IMG/VR virus record: IMGVR_UViG_2565956624_000004
Coordinates: 1 to 11,728 of that record
Direction: 5' to 3' (one strand)
Source: a virus
Taxonomy: Duplodnaviria; Heunggongvirae; Uroviricota; Caudoviricetes
Length of the DNA stretch: 11,728 bases
The number at the start of each line of letters is the position of its first letter. The first letter of the stretch is position 1. The notes below the pieces were generated by a model. The model had not been told where the DNA came from. It did not search any database and worked only from the letters and a program-made list of their open reading frames with translations. The position numbers and the translations under genes were made by a program. Positions 1 to 6,704 of this stretch are shown here, in pieces.

Positions 1-195
1 TCTCATATCAGGGACTTGTTCGCACCTTCCTTAGCACGTTTCTGTGATGCAGCAGCGAAAGCGCAGGACGCTAACAAGCTGCGTGAAATATTTGGCAAAT
101 GCTGGAAATTACTACCGGAAGGATCGGAACATCGAATCAAGGCAAAAGATGTTTATGACATCCGGGTAGCAGAGCTTAACGGGGAGATGGGTTAA
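1..195 (+). CDS. hypothetical protein, 3' fragment (start lies upstream of window)
   Basis: Frame 1 is open from base 1 to TAA at 193-195 (...DVYDIRVAELNGEMG*). The stop overlaps the ssb ATG as TAATG, implying translational coupling. No recognisable motif in the 64 visible residues. Confidence 0.4.
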   Translation, partial: SHIRDLFAPSLARFCDAAAKAQDANKLREIFGKCWKLLPEGSEHRIKAKDVYDIRVAELNGEMG

Positions 196-656
196 TGAGT
201 TTAAATTCAATCACGCTGGGCGGGAATATCGGTAATGATATGGAGGTTCGCTACACACAAAACGGGAAAGCGATTGGTAGTTTTCCGTTAGCTGTAACGA
301 ATGGCTACGGCGATAATAAGCGGACAATGTGGGTCACTTGCCTGGTATTTGGTGAGCGTGCGGAAAAATTAGCGCCACATATCCGCAAGGGTGGAAAAAT
401 AGTGGTAAGCGGTCGCCTGGATGTTCGGCAATATGACCGGAACGACGGCACGAAGGGAACGGCGGTAGAAGTGGCGGTTAACGAATTTGAATTCATGAAC
501 GTTAACCAACAAGGCCAGCAGCAAGGCCAGCAGCAGAAAGCGCCACCGCCTCAAAATAATAACGGGAATGATGTCCCTCCTGATTTCGATGACGACATCC
601 CATTTGCTCCTATGGGGTTACAATATGGCAAAAGCAGGATCTACGCGCTATCTTGA
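195..656 (+). CDS. ssb: single-stranded DNA-binding protein (SSB, OB-fold) with an atypical C-terminal extension
   Basis: N-terminal OB-fold region closely resembles bacterial/phage SSB (ITLGGNIGNDMEVRYTQNGKAIGSFPLAV...WVTCLVFGERAEKLAPHIRKGGKIVVSGRL). Gln/Gly-rich linker (QQGQQQGQQQ) and acidic motif PPDFDDDIPF are present. The ORF reads 17 codons past DDDIPF before its TGA stop. Confidence 0.9.
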   Translation: MSLNSITLGGNIGNDMEVRYTQNGKAIGSFPLAVTNGYGDNKRTMWVTCLVFGERAEKLAPHIRKGGKIVVSGRLDVRQYDRNDGTKGTAVEVAVNEFEFMNVNQQGQQQGQQQKAPPPQNNNGNDVPPDFDDDIPFAPMGLQYGKSRIYALS

Positions 657-918
657 TGCGCCGCCGATTCCGCGAACAAAAGAGCAAGTTCTAAAAGAAG
701 CCCGTGATCAAATAGATCATGGGCTTTTTTTATGCGGCACGGCAGCGGAACGGATGGCAAAAAGATTTAGTGACCTGTACGCAAAACAAATATGGTTCGA
801 CAACTGGCAGGCAAGTTTTTATCCGCTGCAAAGAAAACCGGATATGCACTGGCCTGAATATGTCGATCCACGTATGCGCAAATATCGCGGGCGTATGGGC
901 CAGGTCATTAATGATTAA
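625..918 (+). CDS. hypothetical protein
   Basis: ORF 568-918 in the track; the first ATG is at 625 (MAKAGSTRYLD...), inside the 3' end of ssb in another frame. No motif recognised. Start is uncertain (568 by the ORF track, 625 by first ATG). Confidence 0.4.
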   Translation: MAKAGSTRYLDAPPIPRTKEQVLKEARDQIDHGLFLCGTAAERMAKRFSDLYAKQIWFDNWQASFYPLQRKPDMHWPEYVDPRMRKYRGRMGQVIND

Positions 919-930
919 TGAGGTGTTATC

Positions 931-1155
931 ATGATTGAAGAAAAAGAAGTAGACAAGGAAATTCCTGACGGTCGTGATGAGCTTATTTGTTTTGACGGCG
1001 GCCTGTATGAGTTCGAAACGTCTGCGGGGTGGCACGATAAATGGCCTAAGCCTACTCGCCAGGAATTAAGCGACCGTAAATCATTCGGCGAAGATGCCGA
1101 ACGGCTGGCTAATAACAAATGGCTTGATAAGTTAATTGCGGAGGGTGGCAAATGA
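931..1155 (+). CDS. hypothetical protein (74 aa)
   Basis: ATG preceded by GAGG-type Shine-Dalgarno; acidic N-terminus; no recognisable domain. Confidence 0.5.
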   Translation: MIEEKEVDKEIPDGRDELICFDGGLYEFETSAGWHDKWPKPTRQELSDRKSFGEDAERLANNKWLDKLIAEGGK

Positions 1156-1265
1156 GCTTTGCAAAAATTGCCGCATTGGCTGCGGCGTTGGCTGTCGCGG
1201 CGCTATATCTTAGCGTATCGCTTTATATTACGGTGGCGATCATCAAGCTGATTACTACTATGTGA
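1152..1265 (+). CDS. small hydrophobic single-pass membrane peptide (37 aa)
   Basis: Not in the ORF track (below size cut-off). Strong SD GGAGGG 6 nt upstream of ATG 1152; ATGA overlap with the preceding stop. Translation MSFAKIAALAAALAVAALYLSVSLYITVAIIKLITTM is almost entirely hydrophobic. Confidence 0.4.
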   Translation: MSFAKIAALAAALAVAALYLSVSLYITVAIIKLITTM

Positions 1266-1273
1266 GGTTAATC

Positions 1274-1393
1274 ATGAAAGTCGGTAAGGATATTGTGACG
1301 GTCGCGTTTTGCATTATTTGCTTCCTGTTTGTGGTTGTTTTTTGTGGCGCACTTGCTGCGGTGGTCAACTTTATTTTCAGTGGGTTGCTGTGA
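1274..1393 (+). CDS. small hydrophobic single-pass membrane peptide (39 aa)
   Basis: Not in the ORF track. SD GTGAGGT 5 nt upstream of ATG 1274. Translation MKVGKDIVTVAFCIICFLFVVVFCGALAAVVNFIFSGLL; its stop overlaps the next ATG (TGATG). Confidence 0.4.
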   Translation: MKVGKDIVTVAFCIICFLFVVVFCGALAAVVNFIFSGLL

Positions 1394-1665
1394 TGAAAAC
1401 GTGGGATGCAAAGGCTGGTGATCTTGTCGTATTGCCTGAATATCGTGATGACCCTGGATTGGTTGTACTGAACAAGATGTGCAACGATCTTGAGCGCCCG
1501 CTATTGGTTAAATATCTGGACGGGGAAATCATAGAGCCACGCTACTTTGATGAGATTGAACTAAAGGCCCGCAATGTTCGCGTTAAGCCGTTCCGGGATT
1601 ATGTTGAAGACCACTGGCGGAAATTGTTCGCCGGACTGAATGGGATGTTTGGCGTATGGCTATAA
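1393..1665 (+). CDS. hypothetical protein (90 aa)
   Basis: In-frame ATG at 1393 within track ORF 1309-1665, coupled to the upstream peptide gene by TGATG; the longer 1309 start would overlap two upstream genes. Confidence 0.5.
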   Translation: MKTWDAKAGDLVVLPEYRDDPGLVVLNKMCNDLERPLLVKYLDGEIIEPRYFDEIELKARNVRVKPFRDYVEDHWRKLFAGLNGMFGVWL

Positions 1666-1847
1666 AATTAGTGAAAGTTAAAGACCTGAAAGGCGGCGAA
1701 AAGATCCGCACGTGGTATGGCTATAAATTTATTGTCGCTGCCTTTTCTTTCGGGCCTGTGGGTCAAGTAACATTATTTGATGAAGAAGATGACGAGGTGG
1801 GTAAATGGCATCTTGAGCAATATGTCGAGGTGTTAAATGAAAATTAA
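1656..1847 (+). CDS. hypothetical protein (63 aa)
   Basis: ORF with a 10-nt overlap with the upstream gene; acidic stretch DEEDDE; no domain recognised. Confidence 0.5.
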   Translation: MAIKLVKVKDLKGGEKIRTWYGYKFIVAAFSFGPVGQVTLFDEEDDEVGKWHLEQYVEVLNEN

Positions 1848-2169
1848 ATTCCATAAAGCATATGATAGCGAAACAAACAAGCTATCACTATTTATTGAAT
1901 TCGAACGCCGGATCGTGGTTGTTCCCTGGGCACGGCGCTTTAATGACGCCGCCGGGCGGCGACAATTCGCGGTCGATATGCTGTTACGCGGTTGCGGCCT
2001 TATGCGCCCGCTATCTGATTTAAAACGGATGATGCCTGGATCGTTCGGTCAGATTGATGAAATAGAAATAAGCCAGGAAGAGCTAAAACGGGCGCGTGAT
2101 TTATTCCTTTCAAGTGAAGGAAACCCGTTCAACCCAGAAACTGAAATGAAATGGCATCATCCACTATAA
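1837..2169 (+). CDS. hypothetical protein (110 aa)
   Basis: ORF overlapping the upstream stop, in the same orientation as its neighbours; no domain recognised. Confidence 0.5.
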   Translation: MKIKFHKAYDSETNKLSLFIEFERRIVVVPWARRFNDAAGRRQFAVDMLLRGCGLMRPLSDLKRMMPGSFGQIDEIEISQEELKRARDLFLSSEGNPFNPETEMKWHHPL

Positions 2170-2181
2170 AGGATAAATATC

Positions 2182-2802
2182 ATGAACGACATCAAAACGG
2201 CTTATTCACTCGGCAGCGAAGGCATGTTAATCACTCGCTACACTGAAGACGCAAGTTTTCATGAAGTAGAAATTAAAGATTATCACGAAGTATTGAAAGA
2301 TATGGAAGCTGGCAAGTATGACGCTGATTTGAATCTGGCGTTACAGATTGTTGATATTGTGATGGATGCAAACATCCGCGATTATGTGTCTTTAAGTGCG
2401 GAAGAAAAAACATCGGTAGCTCGCTATGTCTTCTGTCTTGCTTTCGTAAAACGCATGGAAGAGGAATATGGGCGCGTACCAGTGCCGGAAGATATTGACC
2501 CGCTTGCGTTCGGAAGCGCTGTTATCTTCCCGCTTGATGAAAAACGTATGGGAAGCATTGCGCTGTATTCTATGCGTGGCATGATGAAAAAACTCTTTGA
2601 AGTTAAGGTGATGCAGAAATGTATTGATGAAGGCCACAAAGAGGAAGAAATAAAATTTTTCATGCCATTGCTTTACGTTGAAATGGTCGGCAATGATATG
2701 CGTGCAAATGATCTAGGTGTACAGGCGGCTATTGCGGTGCTTAATGATGCACGGAAAAACTCACAGCCAATGCCTGAACCGGAAAAACGTGTACTGCATT
2801 AA
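2182..2802 (+). CDS. hypothetical protein (206 aa)
   Basis: Long ORF with AAGGA SD upstream; acidic, likely cytoplasmic; no domain recognised. Confidence 0.6.
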   Translation: MNDIKTAYSLGSEGMLITRYTEDASFHEVEIKDYHEVLKDMEAGKYDADLNLALQIVDIVMDANIRDYVSLSAEEKTSVARYVFCLAFVKRMEEEYGRVPVPEDIDPLAFGSAVIFPLDEKRMGSIALYSMRGMMKKLFEVKVMQKCIDEGHKEEEIKFFMPLLYVEMVGNDMRANDLGVQAAIAVLNDARKNSQPMPEPEKRVLH

Positions 2803-2806
2803 CAGC

Positions 2807-2883
2807 GTGATTGCGATCACATAAATATACATTTTGTGTTGTGATCGCGTATCCGTTTTGTAAACCGAAATCAAAAGGTTTAC
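2807..2883. promoter_or_regulatory. putative operator/promoter region: inverted 9-mers GCGATCACA (2813-2821) and TGTGATCGC (2840-2848) flanking an AT-rich spacer, plus hairpin GTAAACC-N10-GGTTTAC (2860-2883)
   Basis: Read directly from the 99-bp intergenic gap between the stop at 2802 and ATG 2902. Both 9-mers contain GATC. No convincing -35/-10 pair could be fixed by eye. Confidence 0.25.
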
Positions 2884-2901
2884 GGCACGGAGGAAAACAA
2901 G

Positions 2902-3120
2902 ATGGCCCGCGAATACATGCTTTATTGCGTTGAGGGTGGCGTAGGCCATGATGCCTACGTCGCCGGGAAAGGCTATCCAGCCGATGAAGTGCTTTCTAAT
3001 ATGCACTTCCGGGAAAATGAAAGCCGGGTGTCTGTGTGGAAACGGTGCATTGATGGTATTGAGGTTGTAAGTATCGAACGGTATTTAGGCACGTTTGATT
3101 ACGGTGTTATTGAGGCTTAA
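2902..3120 (+). CDS. hypothetical protein (72 aa)
   Basis: ORF with GGAGGAAAA SD upstream; first gene after the intergenic gap; no domain recognised. Confidence 0.5.
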   Translation: MAREYMLYCVEGGVGHDAYVAGKGYPADEVLSNMHFRENESRVSVWKRCIDGIEVVSIERYLGTFDYGVIEA

Positions 3121-3218
3121 TTATGGACGACACATTGTTTTATATGTGCTGTTGCTGGGGTTTTATTGCCTTATGCCTGTTTATCAGGTGGTTTATTGAA
3201 TACCATATGAGGTAATGT

Positions 3219-3413
3219 ATGGAACAAGAAACTGATTATCGAATACCTGATAGCCTAAAATTAGTTGGCATTGGTTTCGGGTGTAGATTTGTATCTGACG
3301 CAAAAGGAGCGATTTATTTAATACGTCTTATTGATGGCGTTCAACATATAAGGCGACTAGGAATTTACATCAAAGCATTCAGAAGGGGTTATTTAAAAAC
3401 TCATGAAATTTAA
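3219..3413 (+). CDS. hypothetical protein (64 aa)
   Basis: ORF in the track; AT-rich codon usage differs from its neighbours; no domain recognised. Confidence 0.4.
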   Translation: MEQETDYRIPDSLKLVGIGFGCRFVSDAKGAIYLIRLIDGVQHIRRLGIYIKAFRRGYLKTHEI

Positions 3414-3606
3414 ACATTACATGGAATGGAAAATTCCAGAAGCAGCAACAAAGGCAGCGCCAGGAAATTATTCTGGCGTTTATTTTTATATGGATGGCAA
3501 ATGGTATTTCGGCAGCAGGCCGGATCACTATTATCAGGAAATATGCAAGCCTCACGTATGGGATATTAAAGAGCGCGTGAAAGGCGGGGTAATTGAGGAC
3601 GTTTAA
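3403..3606 (+). CDS. hypothetical protein (67 aa)
   Basis: ORF overlapping the upstream gene by 11 nt; Tyr/Trp-rich; no domain recognised. Confidence 0.45.
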   Translation: MKFKHYMEWKIPEAATKAAPGNYSGVYFYMDGKWYFGSRPDHYYQEICKPHVWDIKERVKGGVIEDV

Positions 3607-3607
3607 A

Positions 3608-3844
3608 ATGCTTAAGAGCTTTTTTAACTGGTTGGGGGCGTGGCTTTTGGCTACGCTTTTTGTTTTCCTGGCGGCCATGACTGTTATCGGTGTTATTATG
3701 CTGGGGGCTATGTTTATTACGTGGTCGCTTCCTGAATTTAACGACATTGGGAATATTCTTTTTGCAGCCCGCGCTTTATTGGCTGTTAGCGCATTCATTG
3801 GTTTTTGCTGGACTGCCGCGCCGGATTGGACTGACACATGGTGA
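3608..3844 (+). CDS. small integral membrane protein (about 2 predicted TM helices)
   Basis: ATG 3608 (track ORF begins at a TTG at 3593), GAGGA SD upstream. Two long hydrophobic segments (WLLATLFVFLAAMTVIGVIMLGAMFI and LFAARALLAVSAFIGFCW). Confidence 0.5.
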   Translation: MLKSFFNWLGAWLLATLFVFLAAMTVIGVIMLGAMFITWSLPEFNDIGNILFAARALLAVSAFIGFCWTAAPDWTDTW

Positions 3845-3848
3845 TCCT

Positions 3849-4082
3849 ATGGCCTTATTCAATATGTCAGAGCCGCAATTTAACGCCGTAAAGACTGCCG
3901 CCCGCGCCGCGCTTTCGGCCTGCAAAGCGGAGGTAGAGAAAAACGGCTACAGCGATAAAGCCACGCGGATGATATTAGATAAGCATTATCGCAAAGTCGC
4001 CCCACTAATCAGCATTGAGCGCTTTGTGTGGTTGGTGGGGTATTTAAACAACCGTTGGGGAACGAAACAGGATTATTTCTAA
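3849..4082 (+). CDS. hypothetical protein (77 aa)
   Basis: In-frame ATG 3849 within track ORF 3690-4082, directly after the upstream stop at 3844; no domain recognised. Confidence 0.45.
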   Translation: MALFNMSEPQFNAVKTAARAALSACKAEVEKNGYSDKATRMILDKHYRKVAPLISIERFVWLVGYLNNRWGTKQDYF

Positions 4083-4091
4083 GGGGGCGTA

Positions 4092-4631
4092 ATGAAAAGT
4101 GATTACGGCGGCAGCCATACGCCGAAAGAAATAAAAGACTTATGGCAAACGCCAAAACCCGTTTTTAGAGGAATGGATCGCGAGTTCGAATTTGTCGCAG
4201 ATGTGGCGGCAAACAGGGAAAACGCGCTCGTTCCTCGGTATATAACTGAAGAAATGGACGCGCTTACTTATCCGTGGGGAGCGGTGGCAATGCCTGGCGA
4301 ATATGTATGGATGAATCCACCATATTCAAACCCAGGTCCATTCGTTGATAAAGCAGCGCTCGAACATCAACGAAATCACATCGGTTGCGTAATGTTATTG
4401 CCCGCTGACGTTTCTGTTAGCTGGTTTATGAACGGCGTTGAGACGGCAAATGAGTGCCGATTAATCACGCGCGGGCGGCTGGCGTTTATCAATGCTGCGA
4501 CTGGTAAGCCAGTAAGCGGAAACAATAAAGGGAGCTTGTTTTTGATCTGGCATCCACGGTGCAGACATGAATGTATTTTCACGCAGATAACACGTAAAGA
4601 GCTATATGCAAGAGGTGCAGATAATGACTAA
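4092..4631 (+). CDS. phage-type DNA N6-adenine methyltransferase (Dam-like, NPPY motif)
   Basis: Translation has N-terminal WQTPKPVF and the catalytic motif IV NPPY (WMNPPYSN). This pattern and the ~180 aa size match the small phage Dam family (T1 Dam-like) as I recall it. Confidence 0.75.
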   Translation: MKSDYGGSHTPKEIKDLWQTPKPVFRGMDREFEFVADVAANRENALVPRYITEEMDALTYPWGAVAMPGEYVWMNPPYSNPGPFVDKAALEHQRNHIGCVMLLPADVSVSWFMNGVETANECRLITRGRLAFINAATGKPVSGNNKGSLFLIWHPRCRHECIFTQITRKELYARGADND

Positions 4632-5109
4632 TGCAGCAGATTTATTACGACTTGCAGCGGAAACAATAGAGCAAAGAGGTAAACAAAACGGTTACGACAG
4701 AAAAGAAGAAAAATCAGCGCCAAAAATAGCCACTATATACAACGCTAAGAAGGGGACAAATTTAACCCCGCTTGATGTATGGGATCTATTAATTTGTCTC
4801 AAGGAGGCGCGTTTAGAGGCCATTTTAGTTAATGAAAGCGATCCTACTGACACTTTGGTTGACTTGATTAGCTACAGCGCACTAAAAGCGGAGCAGATAT
4901 TAAACGATCAGGAGGAAGAACGGAAGAAAAAACAGTTCACTGCCGCCAATATTAATGATGGAATAATAAATGATGCAGCAATAACAAGCTGTAAGGGCTT
5001 GCCTCCTTCAATGCTTAACCCTCAATGTCGTTGTACTACTGATTCGCTTGATTTGAATTTTGACTTCAGTCGGAAGAGGGATAACCAAAATGAAAAAGGT
5101 GACAATTGA
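4624..5109 (+). CDS. hypothetical protein with low-complexity C-terminal half
   Basis: ATG 4624 with SD AGAGGTG 6 nt upstream (track ORF starts at 4606). Overlaps the methyltransferase stop. C-terminal half is N/D/K-rich low complexity. Confidence 0.5.
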   Translation: MTNAADLLRLAAETIEQRGKQNGYDRKEEKSAPKIATIYNAKKGTNLTPLDVWDLLICLKEARLEAILVNESDPTDTLVDLISYSALKAEQILNDQEEERKKKQFTAANINDGIINDAAITSCKGLPPSMLNPQCRCTTDSLDLNFDFSRKRDNQNEKGDN

Positions 5110-5593
5110 CAGGTTACTGGCCTGCGTTTATGTCGCCGTTTTCGTGATCATCAACCTTATTGTTAACCATTGCGGCCCGTGGGTAATTCCGATCACCACG
5201 GTAGCCGCAGTGTGTGTCAATATGATGATCCGCGACTTTCTGTTATATGACGGCGGCCTGAAATGGTCGGCTACAACGTGCGCAGCCGCTGGCGCAATCA
5301 CGGTGCTGATAAACTACGATGCCGGAATGGTGGCGGTCGCGTCATTCGTTGCGGTTGTTTCCGGTGCGCTTATATCTGGCGGCGTTTACCGGGTTTTACC
5401 TGGTGATTTCGATTCCAAACGCTGGCCTGCAAATATAGCTTCAGCCATTGGAGATGCGTTAATTTTTCCCACGCTATCGTTTATGGCATTTATGCCGGAA
5501 ATATCAGCTATGCAATTCATCTCAAAAATGGCAGCGGTAACGGTGATCACTATCATCATGCGCCGCTATTTTACGTTTGAGGGCAGAAAATGA
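5090..5593 (+). CDS. integral membrane protein, possibly VUT/YhhQ-family (queuosine-precursor-transporter-like)
   Basis: ATG 5090 (track ORF starts at TTG 5060). Several hydrophobic helices. The segment IASAIGDALIFPTLSFMAF resembles the conserved C-terminal segment of YhhQ/DUF165 proteins (TASTLFGNVSDTLAFFFIAF) as I recall it. The family assignment is tentative. Confidence 0.45.
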   Translation: MKKVTIDRLLACVYVAVFVIINLIVNHCGPWVIPITTVAAVCVNMMIRDFLLYDGGLKWSATTCAAAGAITVLINYDAGMVAVASFVAVVSGALISGGVYRVLPGDFDSKRWPANIASAIGDALIFPTLSFMAFMPEISAMQFISKMAAVTVITIIMRRYFTFEGRK

Positions 5594-6354
5594 GTGGGCT
5601 TAAAAATTGGGTGGTGTGGTCGCTGTACGACGGCAGCGGGTACGCCGTTAAAGATTGGGCTGACGCTGGCTATAAGTGTTATTGCTTCAACTATGACGGC
5701 GCTAACCACGGCGACTATGAAGGCGTAAAAATCATTCATCCGAATATTGAATACGTTAACGTATGGATTGACAGCCATTTCCTGGTGATGTTCTCCCCTG
5801 ATTTGTCTGTTTATCCAGATCCTGACATTATTCTGGCCTTCCCGCCATGCGACCATCTAGCCGTGTCCGGCGCTCGTTGGTTTGCCAGCAAGCGTGAAAA
5901 AGATCCTGACTTCCAGGTGAAGGCGGCATATAACGCAAAACTGGTAGAAACGCTGGCTGACATGTATCACGTCCCGTGGATGGTGGAAAATCCGGTTGGC
6001 GCACTGTCAACGTTATGGCGTAAGCCGGATTTTATCTTCAACCCGTGCGCTTACGGTGGCTACCTGCCTGAAGATGACAAACATCCTGCCTTCCCGGAAT
6101 ACATCGCCGACCGCGACGCATACACGAAGAAAACTTGTATCTGGTGCGGGAATGGATTTAATCAGCCGCTATTCCTGCCTGTGCCAATGCCTGATGAATG
6201 GGAAGACAGTAAGCAGCACGCTAAGTTAGGAGGAAAGTCGAAACGCACTAAGATGATCCGCTCACTAACGCCGCGTGGCTTTGCCCGTGCTGTATTCCTG
6301 GCTAACGACCGGGCCATCAATCGTACTACGCTCAACCGCGTTTTACCGGACTGA
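5590..6354 (+). CDS. compact DNA (cytosine-5)-methyltransferase-like protein
   Basis: Motifs in canonical C5-MTase order: motif I-like SLYDGSGYA, motif IV FPPCDHLAVSGA (Pro-Cys dipeptide, but PCD instead of PCQ), motif VI MVENPVGAL (ENV-like), motif IX-like RSLTPRGFARAVFL (RxLTPRExARLQGF pattern). At 254 aa it is short for the family. Confidence 0.6.
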   Translation: MSGLKNWVVWSLYDGSGYAVKDWADAGYKCYCFNYDGANHGDYEGVKIIHPNIEYVNVWIDSHFLVMFSPDLSVYPDPDIILAFPPCDHLAVSGARWFASKREKDPDFQVKAAYNAKLVETLADMYHVPWMVENPVGALSTLWRKPDFIFNPCAYGGYLPEDDKHPAFPEYIADRDAYTKKTCIWCGNGFNQPLFLPVPMPDEWEDSKQHAKLGGKSKRTKMIRSLTPRGFARAVFLANDRAINRTTLNRVLPD

Positions 6355-6376
6355 AGTTTACAAAATGGCGTCATTG

Positions 6377-6437
6377 TGTGATACAGGTCACATAATGGCG
6401 CTTTTCGTCTTGTTTACGTGTATCCATTTTGTATACT
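6377..6437 (+). promoter_or_regulatory. putative sigma70-type promoter (-35 TTGTTT 6410-6415, 16-bp spacer, -10 TATACT 6432-6437) with an upstream CRP-like palindrome TGTGA-N6-TCACA (6377-6392)
   Basis: Hexamers and palindrome read directly from the 160-bp gap between the stop at 6354 and ATG 6514. The palindrome matches both half-sites of the CRP consensus and is centred about 60 bp upstream of the predicted start site. Confidence 0.35.
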
Positions 6438-6513
6438 TCAAGCAAACGAAATGCTCTTTAAAAATCCGGCAGCGCTGAAATGCGTAGAAATCACCTTAAA
6501 GGGAGGGAGCATT

Positions 6514-6690
6514 ATGTCTTTTGATAATTACCAATGGCATGACGACTATGAACGAGAAAGCGTCATGCGTGCAATGTGCAATGTATGCAGCACAAAGAAA
6601 GGAGGCTGTAACGAGTGCAACGAATGCTTAGATCATTGGCTAAGGGCCGGACACACCGAAAGGCTGAACGAAACAGAGAATCAAAAATAA
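6514..6690 (+). CDS. small Cys-rich (zinc-ribbon-like) protein, NinF-like
   Basis: ATG 6514 with strong SD GGGAGGGAG upstream (the track's longer 6418 start lacks this). CxxC...CxxCxxC pattern (MCNVCSTKKGGCNECNEC). Sits immediately upstream of ninG as NinF does in lambda; the NinF resemblance is from memory. Confidence 0.45.
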   Translation: MSFDNYQWHDDYERESVMRAMCNVCSTKKGGCNECNECLDHWLRAGHTERLNETENQK

Positions 6691-6704
6691 TAGGGGTGGT
6701 TTTT

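Noticed and set aside
511-540. Short tandem nucleotide repeat (ggccagcagca twice) inside ssb
   Set aside because: It encodes the Gln/Gly-rich flexible linker normal for SSB proteins; not a CRISPR or other repeat element.
730-1151. Minus-strand ORFs 730-1035 and 915-1151
   Set aside because: Antisense to the + strand genes 625-918 and 931-1155; no supporting signals; Ser/Pro/Arg-rich antisense-type composition.
3379-3837. 152-aa ORF on the minus strand
   Set aside because: Lies antisense to three coupled + strand genes with good ribosome-binding sites; its translation is low-complexity and hydrophobic in a pattern typical of antisense frames; no start context; it would be the only minus-strand gene in the window.
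6275-6690. Longer N-terminal versions of the ninF-like gene (track ORFs 6275-6478 and 6418-6690)
   Set aside because: These starts lie in the promoter-like intergenic region and lack a Shine-Dalgarno; ATG 6514 has a strong GGGAGGGAG SD and gives a compact Cys-rich protein.
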